IMG/VR virus record: IMGVR_UViG_3300012166_000007
Span: 1-31,819 of that record
Length of the DNA stretch: 31,819 nucleotides
Strand: one strand, 5' to 3'
Source of the DNA: a virus
Taxonomy: Duplodnaviria; Caudoviricetes
Below, one piece after another: positions 17,206 to 25,170 of the stretch; the stretch's first letter is position 1, and each line of letters starts with the position of its first letter. A program made the position numbers and the translations under genes. The notes beneath the pieces are model-generated. The model ran no database searches. It saw nothing but the letters and a program-made list of their open reading frames with translations, and had not been told where the DNA came from.

Positions 17206-17274
17206 ACCACGGGGATCAGCCGTGATGCAACCCTTCAGGCCGTCGCCCTCTCGGTACCTCTATGATACACGACA

Positions 17275-17739
17275 TCAGGACGCCTTGCCGGACGCCTCGC
17301 GGGCACGCCGCACGCGCTGATTGATCAGGTTCCTGTCGCGCTTGCAGGCCTTGCACCGACCGCCGTCAGCCTGGTAGTGACCGTTCTGGCACACGCGGCT
17401 GCCTGGGGCAGCCTGCGGCCTTGGCTCCTTGTTCCTGGAGCCCACGGGTCTGCCATTGTTCGGCCGCTCGAACCGCTTGGACTCTGCCTGAAGCCTGTCG
17501 GGCGGCTCACCACCGCGCACGGTCCAGTACTTGTCCTTCAGGTCGGCCTCTTCGGGACACCTGAGCATGACTGGGCACTCGATGCATATCTCTTCGGCCA
17601 GCTTGAAGTTGGCCGCATTGAATTCCATCCGCTCCCTGAAGTCCATGCCCACGGTCAGTGGCGAGTCATTGTCCTGGTACTCGAACAACTCGAAAGGATG
17701 GCCGACGCAATTAGCCTTCCGCATCCAGTTGTCACGCAT
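17275..17739 (-). CDS. whiB: WhiB-family transcription factor with C-terminal Zn-finger extension
   Basis: W...ANC....LF...A..IC..CPV...C......WTVRGG; tail CQNGH......CKAC. Confidence 0.85.
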   Translation of the reverse strand: MRDNWMRKANCVGHPFELFEYQDNDSPLTVGMDFRERMEFNAANFKLAEEICIECPVMLRCPEEADLKDKYWTVRGGEPPDRLQAESKRFERPNNGRPVGSRNKEPRPQAAPGSRVCQNGHYQADGGRCKACKRDRNLINQRVRRAREASGKAS

Positions 17740-17761
17740 CGTAATTCACATGCTCTCCTGA

Positions 17762-17776
17762 TGGTATGATTGGTGC
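17762..17776 (+). promoter_or_regulatory. Extended -10 promoter, probably giving leaderless mRNA
   Basis: TGG-TATGAT ends 6 nt before ATG 17777; no RBS. Confidence 0.55.
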
Positions 17777-18544
17777 ATGGCAACTAAGGTCACTCTCATC
17801 CTGCCGGACATCCAGTATCCCTACCACGACAAGCTTGCGCTCAGCAAGTTGCTTCAGGTGGCGAAGGACATCCAGCCTGACACCATCCTCCAGATCGGGG
17901 ATGGCATCGACTTCCCTCAGGTTTCCCAGTGGAACAAGGGCACTGCTGGTGAGTACGCAGACACCCTACAGGAGCACATAGATGGCTACCGTTCGGGGGT
18001 TCTTAATCCCCTGCGGGAAGCCTGCCCAGTAGCTGAGATCACCTGGCTTGAGGGGAATCACGATCTCCGCGTCAAGGAGTTCGTGAAGCGGTACGCGGCG
18101 CCCCTTGGGCCACTTCGAGCACTCGAAATGACAGCCCTCTTTGGTCTGGACGACCCGTCCGTCAACTACGTAAAGGGGCCTGTCCGAATCGGGACTAATA
18201 CATACGCCGTTCACGGACATGAGGCGGGCGGGTACTGTAGCTCCGCATCCGCCTGGGATCAGAAGTTTGCCAAGCGATACGGGAGCGACAAGTCGTTCGT
18301 GTTCGGCCATACTCACCAGCCCTTCATCATTCACCGAGCCTTCGGCTATGAAGGCAAGGTCAGCCCGCGATTCACGATGAACACGGGAAGCATCATGGAC
18401 CCAGTCGCCGCTAGCTACATCAAGGATGGAGCGGTGTCCTGGGTAATGTCGTTCGCGCTACTGCGCGACGATGGCAAGCGCATCTACCCAGAGCTGGTCA
18501 CGATGGTGGACCGATCATTTTACTGCGCAGGGAAGAAGTACTAA
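17777..18544 (+). CDS. Calcineurin-like metallophosphoesterase
   Basis: DIQ.P, GD..D, GNHD, HGH and GHTH motifs. Confidence 0.9.
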   Translation: MATKVTLILPDIQYPYHDKLALSKLLQVAKDIQPDTILQIGDGIDFPQVSQWNKGTAGEYADTLQEHIDGYRSGVLNPLREACPVAEITWLEGNHDLRVKEFVKRYAAPLGPLRALEMTALFGLDDPSVNYVKGPVRIGTNTYAVHGHEAGGYCSSASAWDQKFAKRYGSDKSFVFGHTHQPFIIHRAFGYEGKVSPRFTMNTGSIMDPVAASYIKDGAVSWVMSFALLRDDGKRIYPELVTMVDRSFYCAGKKY

Positions 18545-18987
18545 TGACTAAGCGCGAAACACCTCGACCCTGCGACGGGTGTGGCGAGAAACCTAGAGAG
18601 CGGGGCAAGGGTCGTCGCTACTGCTCCGACTGCTCAATTGGATGTGAGGTTCACGGTGCATACAAGAGCAACTGCGGGCAGTGTGAGAACGTACGCAGGC
18701 GCAAGCCCTGGAACCAGAAGCGGCAGCTCCGAGCCACTCGCAAGATGAAGTATGGCCTGACGGATGAACAGCTTAACCATGTAGACTCAATCGCTGCGTG
18801 TGAGGTGTGTGGATCCAACGCCACGCTATGTGTGGACCACAATCACCAGACAGACGAGTATCGTGGCGTCTTGTGCGGCAACTGCAATCGAGCAGCAGGA
18901 CTTATGAGCGACGATCCCGAGCGCTTGATTGCGCTCGCTGAATACCTGGTTGATCGTGGATTCTGGCTCAACGGCACCAAATACTAG
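18544..18987 (+). CDS. Endonuclease VII-family (probable free-standing homing) endonuclease
   Basis: KYGLT, C..CG, VDHNH.T...RG.LC..CN...G...DD. Confidence 0.9.
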   Translation: MTKRETPRPCDGCGEKPRERGKGRRYCSDCSIGCEVHGAYKSNCGQCENVRRRKPWNQKRQLRATRKMKYGLTDEQLNHVDSIAACEVCGSNATLCVDHNHQTDEYRGVLCGNCNRAAGLMSDDPERLIALAEYLVDRGFWLNGTKY

Positions 18988-19035
18988 TCCCAATTTCTTG
19001 CTAGTGTACTGGCTGGTAACATGACGAGGAGTCAA

Positions 19036-19722
19036 GTGAGTCTCGATCCGAAGATCTTCATGCCGATGGTAAAGAATGTGGCTGTCAGTGTCAGCCGCAA
19101 CTATCCCCCCTACATCGAAGCGGCTGACACTGAACAGCATCTGCTTGTCTGGCTCTACGAGAAGCGAGCCAGCGTTCTCCGTACAGTGGAGGACAATCCC
19201 AACGAGTGGGAATCTATGATCGCATCCACTATGCGCAAGGTGGCCTTTGACCACTGCGCGAAGGAGAAGGCCGCAGCTGAAGGATACAGTGTTGATGACC
19301 TGTTCCGCTACAGCCTTCCGAAGATCAAGGCCCTGCTGCCGGACGTGTTCGACTACCAGGACTGGCAGTCCTTCGGTAAGCAGGGAGACGGCCAGCCGAA
19401 GGGCAGGCCGCAGGCTAATGAGACGGGTGACCGTACCGTAGAGCTGATCGATGTCCGCGCAGCCGTGGAGCGGCTGACGGAAGACACGAAGACCCTGCTC
19501 TGGCTCCAGTACTCAGCCCACTACACGATGGAGAACATCGCGGAGGCCCTGAGTATCACGCTGGAAGCCACCAAGAAGAGGGCTCAGCGGGCGCTGAGCG
19601 CCATTCAGAGGGAACTTGGCAGGAAGGACCCAGCCGAGCAGCCGAGGCGCGCAGACAGGCGCGCAGTCCGATCCAATGCAGCCGCAAGGGCGGCCGTCAC
19701 CAACCAGTATGAAGGAGCATGA
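19036..19722 (+). CDS. Sigma-factor-like protein (sigma70 region 2/4 type)
   Basis: GAGGAG RBS plus GTG; DVRAAVERL...T...IAEAL.IT..ATKKR..RAL region 4 HTH. Confidence 0.75.
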   Translation: MSLDPKIFMPMVKNVAVSVSRNYPPYIEAADTEQHLLVWLYEKRASVLRTVEDNPNEWESMIASTMRKVAFDHCAKEKAAAEGYSVDDLFRYSLPKIKALLPDVFDYQDWQSFGKQGDGQPKGRPQANETGDRTVELIDVRAAVERLTEDTKTLLWLQYSAHYTMENIAEALSITLEATKKRAQRALSAIQRELGRKDPAEQPRRADRRAVRSNAAARAAVTNQYEGA

Positions 19723-20117
19723 TGGGATACGAAAGCCCGCTGGAGAAGGAACAGAGGCTGTACCGAGAGGCGCAGGCACTCAAGTTCCAGGCGAGGGAGA
19801 TGCGAAAGAAGCGCCTCAAGGAAGAGCAGGCCACGCTTCAGGAGCGCGAAGCCGAGATCGCCAGGAAGAAGGAGGCGGCGGAACTAGAGCGAAGGCTGAA
19901 GGACAAGGAGGTACGGATCGAGCGGGATGCTCGCATCCGTACGGCACTGCTAAAGATGTCGGACATCGTCAAGGCCAACGGCCTTGCCTTCGAGGCTCCA
20001 GCAGGGTACAAGTGGGCGTTCCCTGTCGAGACCAAGGACGTCTTCGTTCTGCATGACAAGCAGACCGGTGACCGAGTACAGATCAGGACTCAGCACAACG
20101 GTTTCCAGTGGGACTAG
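19719..20117 (+). CDS. Coiled-coil hypothetical protein
   Basis: AAGGAG RBS; ATGA overlap. Confidence 0.7.
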   Translation: MMGYESPLEKEQRLYREAQALKFQAREMRKKRLKEEQATLQEREAEIARKKEAAELERRLKDKEVRIERDARIRTALLKMSDIVKANGLAFEAPAGYKWAFPVETKDVFVLHDKQTGDRVQIRTQHNGFQWD

Positions 20118-20120
20118 AGT

Positions 20121-20160
20121 AAAGAGACAGGGGCACATCCCAAGGATGTGCCCCATCTTT
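20121..20160. terminator. Bidirectional terminator between convergent genes
   Basis: GGGGCACATCC-CAA-GGATGTGCCCC with T-rich tails on both strands. Confidence 0.75.
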
Positions 20161-20164
20161 ATGC

Positions 20165-20257
20165 TCAGTACCAGAAGGGCAGAGAGAGCAGGAATCCAGC
20201 CAGTGCGGCGAAGAAGAACACGCCAACACCAGCTGCGATGTTACCGATCTTTCTCAT
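20165..20257 (-). CDS. 30-aa membrane peptide (MRKIGNIAAGVGVFFFAALAGFLLSLPFWY)
   Basis: Manual translation; single hydrophobic helix. Confidence 0.55.
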   Translation of the reverse strand: MRKIGNIAAGVGVFFFAALAGFLLSLPFWY

Positions 20258-20387
20258 TCCAGTCACTGTCCTCTCGTGATGCCTGGAGAGAGCACGTCAT
20301 GGCAATCGACGTGAGGATGGCGACGATCGCCGTCTCGCCAGGGCGAGCGTCGAACACGGTAATGCTAAGCAGCGCCAGACCGCTCAT
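20241..20387 (-). CDS. Small membrane protein
   Basis: Hydrophobic; start uncertain. Confidence 0.45.
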   Translation of the reverse strand: MSGLALLSITVFDARPGETAIVAILTSIAMTCSLQASREDSDWNEKDR

Positions 20388-20574
20388 CAGTATCGCGCTC
20401 AGCAAGGAGTCCGTGAACAGACCGCTCTCCTTGTACTTCGTCAGGATCCTGGAGAGCCTCGACGATTTCATCGATCCACCTCTCACCCGCTATGGAGCGG
20501 GCCTTCCAGTACATTCCCCAGGCGAGCAGGAATATGGCTACGAACATCAGGATAGCGAACGCCCAGTCCTGCAT
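20365..20574 (-). CDS. Small membrane protein
   Basis: N-terminal TM helix; TGATG coupling. Confidence 0.65.
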   Translation of the reverse strand: MQDWAFAILMFVAIFLLAWGMYWKARSIAGERWIDEIVEALQDPDEVQGERSVHGLLAERDTDERSGAA

Positions 20575-20951
20575 CAGGCTTCGACCATGCGGTCGAAGTC
20601 ACCGTCATTCAGAGTCTGGATGTCTTCCTTGCCGGTATCCAGGTCTGTCATCAAGGCGATCGCCTTGACCTTGGCGTACATAGGCTCGTCGACCTCATAG
20701 AGGTCCAGAATCTCCCACGTGGCGTTGCGGCCCGCGAACTTGTACTTCTTCCCGAGCCGGAAGAACGTGGCAGGCTTCTCCCACATGGACTCGACGATGG
20801 ACCACACTACTTCGAACCTTTTGCCATTCTTGTCCAGCAGCCACGCCATGTTGTCATGCAGGCCAATAACCTCGCACACGCCACGTGTTGTCTGGTAGAT
20901 GCCGCCCTTTTCGGCAACAACCTTGTCACCAATGCTGATCAGCATGCTCAT
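20574..20951 (-). CDS. Hypothetical protein (two small beta domains)
   Basis: AAGGA RBS; ATGA overlap. Confidence 0.75.
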   Translation of the reverse strand: MSMLISIGDKVVAEKGGIYQTTRGVCEVIGLHDNMAWLLDKNGKRFEVVWSIVESMWEKPATFFRLGKKYKFAGRNATWEILDLYEVDEPMYAKVKAIALMTDLDTGKEDIQTLNDGDFDRMVEA

Positions 20952-21502
20952 TCCTTTTCCCTTTGGTAGTAGCGTTCCAGGTTGGAGTTGCTCTCCGCCT
21001 GAAGGTAACCGGTCCTGCGAGAGCGCATGAGCGCTCCCTTGTCTCCCGTTGCAAGGATGTCGAACGTGTCGGTCCTCTGAATCAGGGAGACCACGTCCCC
21101 GACCTTGCGGTCAGGGTTCTGTCCAGGACTGCCAGGCCGAGGCTTGGACTTGTCCTTGCGTACATCCGGCGACTCTATGATGATGCGCCAGAGACCGGAG
21201 TCGTAAGCCGCGAGAGTGCCGTAACTGGAACTGGCATCGATGAACCATGCCACCTGCCGTCCGCCTTCGACCTCCGGTCCGATCCATCCAACATAGTAGA
21301 TCTTGGATGCCATCGCGGGAGTCTTGAAGGCAAGCCCGACCCTCAAAGGGACGGGTGCAGGGTTCACATCAACGGTCCACATGTCGTAGATGCCATCAAC
21401 GATCGCAGTTGCTACGTCCTTGAGCGACCGCTCCTCGTTGGCAGAGTCGTCGATCAGTGCAGCCACCGCATCAATCTGTGCTGCCCGACTTGGCACAGCC
21501 AT
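20948..21502 (-). CDS. Hypothetical protein
   Basis: GAAAGGAGG RBS before ATG 21502 (MAVPSR...). Confidence 0.8.
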   Translation of the reverse strand: MAVPSRAAQIDAVAALIDDSANEERSLKDVATAIVDGIYDMWTVDVNPAPVPLRVGLAFKTPAMASKIYYVGWIGPEVEGGRQVAWFIDASSSYGTLAAYDSGLWRIIIESPDVRKDKSKPRPGSPGQNPDRKVGDVVSLIQRTDTFDILATGDKGALMRSRRTGYLQAESNSNLERYYQREKE

Positions 21503-21612
21503 GAATCCTCCTTTCATGGACCCAGAGGTCTGCGAGTATCGAGGGGAGAGAGGCACCCGATACTCGCAGACTTCAAGGTCCACGACTCTTGGTCGTGGAA
21601 CCTTGTTACATA

Positions 21613-22086
21613 CTACTCCACTCGGTCGCCAGTCTTGGTGTCGACCCAGTAGAGGCCGCCGAGAGTGTAGTCCTTGACGGCGCGCTGGCCGTTGAGGGCG
21701 CGCTCGTGAGCGTCTGCCCACGTTGCACCCTTGTCCTGGCTGCCCTGGAGGATGTCCAGGTACCGAGCGGCGTCCGAATCGAACGTCAGATCCTGGTCGA
21801 TCTGGAGCGCGCCCAGGAGATCACTGACGCCCTGCTCGTTGAGGCTACCCTGAAGGAACTTGTCCTGCGGGATACCTCCGAGGATCAGGGCGGTACCGAC
21901 GAGGCAGCCAGGGCGGTGGTTGCTCGCCTCGTACTCCTCAAGCTCCTCGTTCCAGGTGCTCGTGTCGTAGTCCACGTACAGGCACACGCCGGGGCCTTCG
22001 GGGGCCTCGTACTTGTAGCCCTCAGGCTTGGACGCGATAGCCTGTTCAACCAGCTCGACAGCCTTGTCAAGCTTCAAGTCAAGCAT
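21613..22086 (-). CDS. Early protein, paralog of 23718-24143
   Basis: GGAGGGAG RBS; KPEGY..CLYVD..PGCLVG..QDKGATW. Confidence 0.8.
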   Translation of the reverse strand: MLDLKLDKAVELVEQAIASKPEGYKYEAPEGPGVCLYVDYDTSTWNEELEEYEASNHRPGCLVGTALILGGIPQDKFLQGSLNEQGVSDLLGALQIDQDLTFDSDAARYLDILQGSQDKGATWADAHERALNGQRAVKDYTLGGLYWVDTKTGDRVE

Positions 22087-22092
22087 GATACT

Positions 22093-22312
22093 CCCTCCAC
22101 TTCCGTGAACCTCACGGAGAGGGATGCACAGAGTGAACAACTGGCGTCCGGGTGACAAGCCCTTAGTACCTTATATCGAACGGCATAGCCGTTCGTGCCC
22201 TTCGGATCGAAGATCCGCATGGCCCAGGTCACTGCCAGGAGCCTACTTATGTTTCGGCTACTCTGTGCATCCTTCACCGAGGACATCCCCGAAGGGATGT
22301 CACACGGATGCA
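22093..22312 (-). ncRNA. Structured cis-regulatory RNA (riboswitch-like)
   Basis: 15-nt closing stem, internal hairpins and an anti-SD; see findings. Confidence 0.55.
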
Positions 22313-22316
22313 GCCG

Positions 22317-22748
22317 TTACGGCTGAGACGTCGGAAGATCCTCCGAGGAACCCCGGAAATCGACGTCAGGCAAGATGGACTGGGGCTTAAACGTCTTCCG
22401 GTAGTGGTAGGCCGATGCCTTGATGGGCTCGCCCTGCTCCACGAAGTACGACACATTGTCGGACAGTCCGAAGAAGTCCTTCACGTACTCGTTCTTGCCG
22501 GTCTTGCAGATCACTTCAAGCTGGCTGTCCTCTGGGTCGACGTCGATCGAGCAGGCGCCAACGATCTCCAGAAGGTACTTGTCCGTGATGCCGTTGAACA
22601 TCACGATGCGACGATTGACCTCGAAGTTGTCGGCAGCCTCGGATACGTTCTCCGACGCCACATCGGCGTCACTCGAACAGGCAGACACGCCGAGCCCCAG
22701 CGTAGCCATCGCGACGGCAGATGCGATGAGCTTGGTGGTGCGCTTCAT
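22317..22748 (-). CDS. Phage lipoprotein
   Basis: Signal peptide with VSAC lipobox; SDADVAS.N.S..ADNFEV.RRIV.FNGIT family motif common in phages. Confidence 0.85.
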   Translation of the reverse strand: MKRTTKLIASAVAMATLGLGVSACSSDADVASENVSEAADNFEVNRRIVMFNGITDKYLLEIVGACSIDVDPEDSQLEVICKTGKNEYVKDFFGLSDNVSYFVEQGEPIKASAYHYRKTFKPQSILPDVDFRGSSEDLPTSQP

Positions 22749-22824
22749 GCTTTACTCTCCCCTTTTCGCTGTGATCCACAGTGGATCAAGCAACGCTCAG
22801 CCTGAAGGCTGAGCATCACTTCAC

Positions 22825-23373
22825 TCACTGGGAGAACAGGTACGTTGTGCCACCCCACGAGCATTGATCGTAATCGCCGATGAGTGCTTCACCATACGCC
22901 TCGAAGTCAAAGTAAGACTCCAGGTCTTCGGAGATGTAGTTGCCGCCTTCCTCCATACGCTCTGCTGCGTACTTGGCGTAGTCCCCATCGAACTCTTCGT
23001 AATAAAGACTTTCCACGGTGCGGAAACCGGTATCGAAGTCGAAATACCTCCAGTCCACGTGCTCGATGTAAGCCAGGACGGCGCCCCCAGCGGCGGGCAG
23101 CTCCCTGGACTGGAGGTAGGAGTACAGCTTGGCCACCTCGTGAATCCACAGCGTGTCGTTCTCGTTCGCACCGATGACAAGCTCTTCGCCGTCATCGTCA
23201 TCGAAGCTGAGGCCGGTCACGCTGCCGAAAGCGATTCCTCGCTCGTCAGCAAACTTGGCCACCTCCACGACGATCAGTTCGAACAGTTCATCGGCGTCGT
23301 CCGCGTGGACCCACAGGTCATCAAGATCGATGCCCTCACTGTCGCCAGGGGTGCGCTGAATCCAGAGTTCCAT
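22825..23373 (-). CDS. ardA: ArdA-like antirestriction protein
   Basis: Highly acidic; C-terminal YAAE..EE......LESYFDFEAYG..L motif. Confidence 0.7.
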   Translation of the reverse strand: MELWIQRTPGDSEGIDLDDLWVHADDADELFELIVVEVAKFADERGIAFGSVTGLSFDDDDGEELVIGANENDTLWIHEVAKLYSYLQSRELPAAGGAVLAYIEHVDWRYFDFDTGFRTVESLYYEEFDGDYAKYAAERMEEGGNYISEDLESYFDFEAYGEALIGDYDQCSWGGTTYLFSQ

Positions 23374-23377
23374 GTCC

Positions 23378-23644
23378 CTACTCCGAGTCTTCGGACGTCT
23401 CGCCATCCAGCCGGATGGCAGAGTCGTAACTCTGCTCAGGGGACAGCACGCCCAGGAATGCCAGAACGTCGCTGTGCGCCTCCCTGACGGCCTCTCGGGC
23501 GTCTGTGAGTGAGTAGATACGCACACGCCCGTTCTGGATCGTCAGAGACGGCTCTACGCCCTTCAGGAGGCCTCTGGCGCGAGCGTCAGTGGTCCCGAGA
23601 AGCTTGGCGACGTCCTGCACGGTGACCGCGTCAGGAATGATCAT
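23378..23644 (-). CDS. HTH DNA-binding protein (MerR/Xis-like)
   Basis: VTVQDVAKLLGTT...R......NGRVRIYS. Confidence 0.7.
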   Translation of the reverse strand: MIIPDAVTVQDVAKLLGTTDARARGLLKGVEPSLTIQNGRVRIYSLTDAREAVREAHSDVLAFLGVLSPEQSYDSAIRLDGETSEDSE

Positions 23645-23717
23645 TTCTCTCTCCCTTGTTTACTGCGTTCCCCAAGTCGGGGTGAATGCCGCCACCCGGA
23701 GGTGGCGACAAACATCT

Positions 23718-24143
23718 CTACTTGGAGTCGCTCGCGAACACGTCGCCCCAACTCAGGGCGATACGTCGGCTGGCCACGTACCCGACTACGGAGTCGGTGA
23801 TTTTCGCGACGACCCCCCAGGGCACGCCTTGGTCCTGGAGCGTCTGGGCTACACCCATGATGGCCTTCGCCCGGTCCGAGAACTCGAACCTGTCACTGAA
23901 GAACTCCACCAGGGACGCAGCGGTGTCCAGCCTGGGCACATCTTCGATGTCCACGCCGAGCTTCTCGATGAACAGTGAACCGATGATGCAAGACGGCACA
24001 AGGGTGCCGTCCTCAAGAACATCCACGTTCACGCACCCTCCGGGCTGGTCCGGCTCGCATGCGTAGCCGTCAGGCTTGGCGTCAGCCAGCTCAGCCAGCC
24101 AGTCAACGATTTCGTTGCCGTCGACCTTGCGCTTGTCAGTCAT
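23718..24143 (-). CDS. Early protein, paralog of 21613-22086
   Basis: KPDGY..CVNVD..PSCIIG..QDQGVPW; CAAGGGGAGAGA RBS. Confidence 0.8.
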   Translation of the reverse strand: MTDKRKVDGNEIVDWLAELADAKPDGYACEPDQPGGCVNVDVLEDGTLVPSCIIGSLFIEKLGVDIEDVPRLDTAASLVEFFSDRFEFSDRAKAIMGVAQTLQDQGVPWGVVAKITDSVVGYVASRRIALSWGDVFASDSK

Positions 24144-24190
24144 GTCTCTCCCCTTGGGATGCGGTGTGACGCAGAACACACGATACGGAC

Positions 24191-24219
24191 TTGACAACGT
24201 CCGACACGCAGGCTACAAT
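24191..24219 (+). promoter_or_regulatory. Consensus sigma70/HrdB promoter firing antisense to the early operon
   Basis: TTGACA-17 bp-TACAAT. Confidence 0.8.
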
Positions 24220-24225
24220 CGTCTT

Positions 24226-24370
24226 ATAGGTAGTTAAACAAGGTTCAGCGACTGCGACCCCCAGGGAGCAGGTTAGCTGCTGAATGTCGCCACATCTGAA
24301 GTCAGTTTAAGTTCCTGGACATGCTAAACAATGTCAAACAGCCGCCACCCTAAGGGGTGGCTGTTTTGTT
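24226..24370 (+). ncRNA. Candidate ~145-nt small RNA
   Basis: Bounded by the promoter and a terminator (AAACAGCCGCC/GGTGGCTGTTT plus TGTT); no credible ORF. Confidence 0.55.
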
Positions 24371-24597
24371 GTCTAGACATCGGCAACTCAATCGCCGTGC
24401 GGCTAAGGGACCAGTTACGCTTTCGGCCTAGGGGCCTACAGCTTCACTGACCGGAGAAGGAATCCCCAGCATCCTTCACTGGTTCTTCTGCCTCCGGTCC
24501 TCGTTTCCCCTGGTTTAACTATGTTTAACAGTGATCCACTGGATCAGGAAGCACAGCTGCCTCAAGGCAGCTGCACAACCTCACTCAGTAGAGCGTT

Positions 24598-25086
24598 TTA
24601 CAGCTCAGAGAACTTCTTCACTCCGTTACCCACGTAACCTTCAGTGGTGTGGACCTTCAGGGGACCGAAGCTCCCTGCATAATCCGCCAGAGTGGAGTAG
24701 CCGAACTCTTGGGCAGCGCCCATGTCGCTGCGAGGCGTAAGCCTCTCGATGTGACCGTCCTCGATGTAGACGAAGAGCATCGTCTTGTCGGTGGACTTGT
24801 CCTTACCGACGAGAATGTCGCCCTTCTGGAAGGCTTCACCCTCCGTCCACATGCTCTTGTAGGACTCTTTGATCGACTCGCTCGACAGGAGACCGAAGTC
24901 TCCCCTGTACGCATTCCACGTACCGTCGTCGTCGGTCTCTCCGCCCTGGGCGACGAAGCGGTAGCCGTCGATCTCGGAGATGTAGATCTCCTTGAGCAGC
25001 TTGTAGCCGTACGCCCGTCGGAGTGTTCCCTGATAGACGACAGTGTCGCCCGTCTTGAACACGCCATTGTGGGGCTTGACAGCCAT
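24598..25086 (-). CDS. Hypothetical early protein
   Basis: ACAAGGGAGAGAG RBS before ATG 25086. Confidence 0.8.
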   Translation of the reverse strand: MAVKPHNGVFKTGDTVVYQGTLRRAYGYKLLKEIYISEIDGYRFVAQGGETDDDGTWNAYRGDFGLLSSESIKESYKSMWTEGEAFQKGDILVGKDKSTDKTMLFVYIEDGHIERLTPRSDMGAAQEFGYSTLADYAGSFGPLKVHTTEGYVGNGVKKFSEL

Positions 25087-25170
25087 AACTCTCTCCCTTG
25101 TTCCGGTTTTCCCTGATGTGAACAGGGTGAATGTGGACATCCAGAAGATGTCCACAAACGTCACGTCACA

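Noticed and set aside
22148-22165. Twister-ribozyme-like GGTGACAAGCCC on the plus strand
   Set aside because: No UAA cleavage loop or P1/P2; GTGAC is better explained as a nested stem of the minus-strand structure
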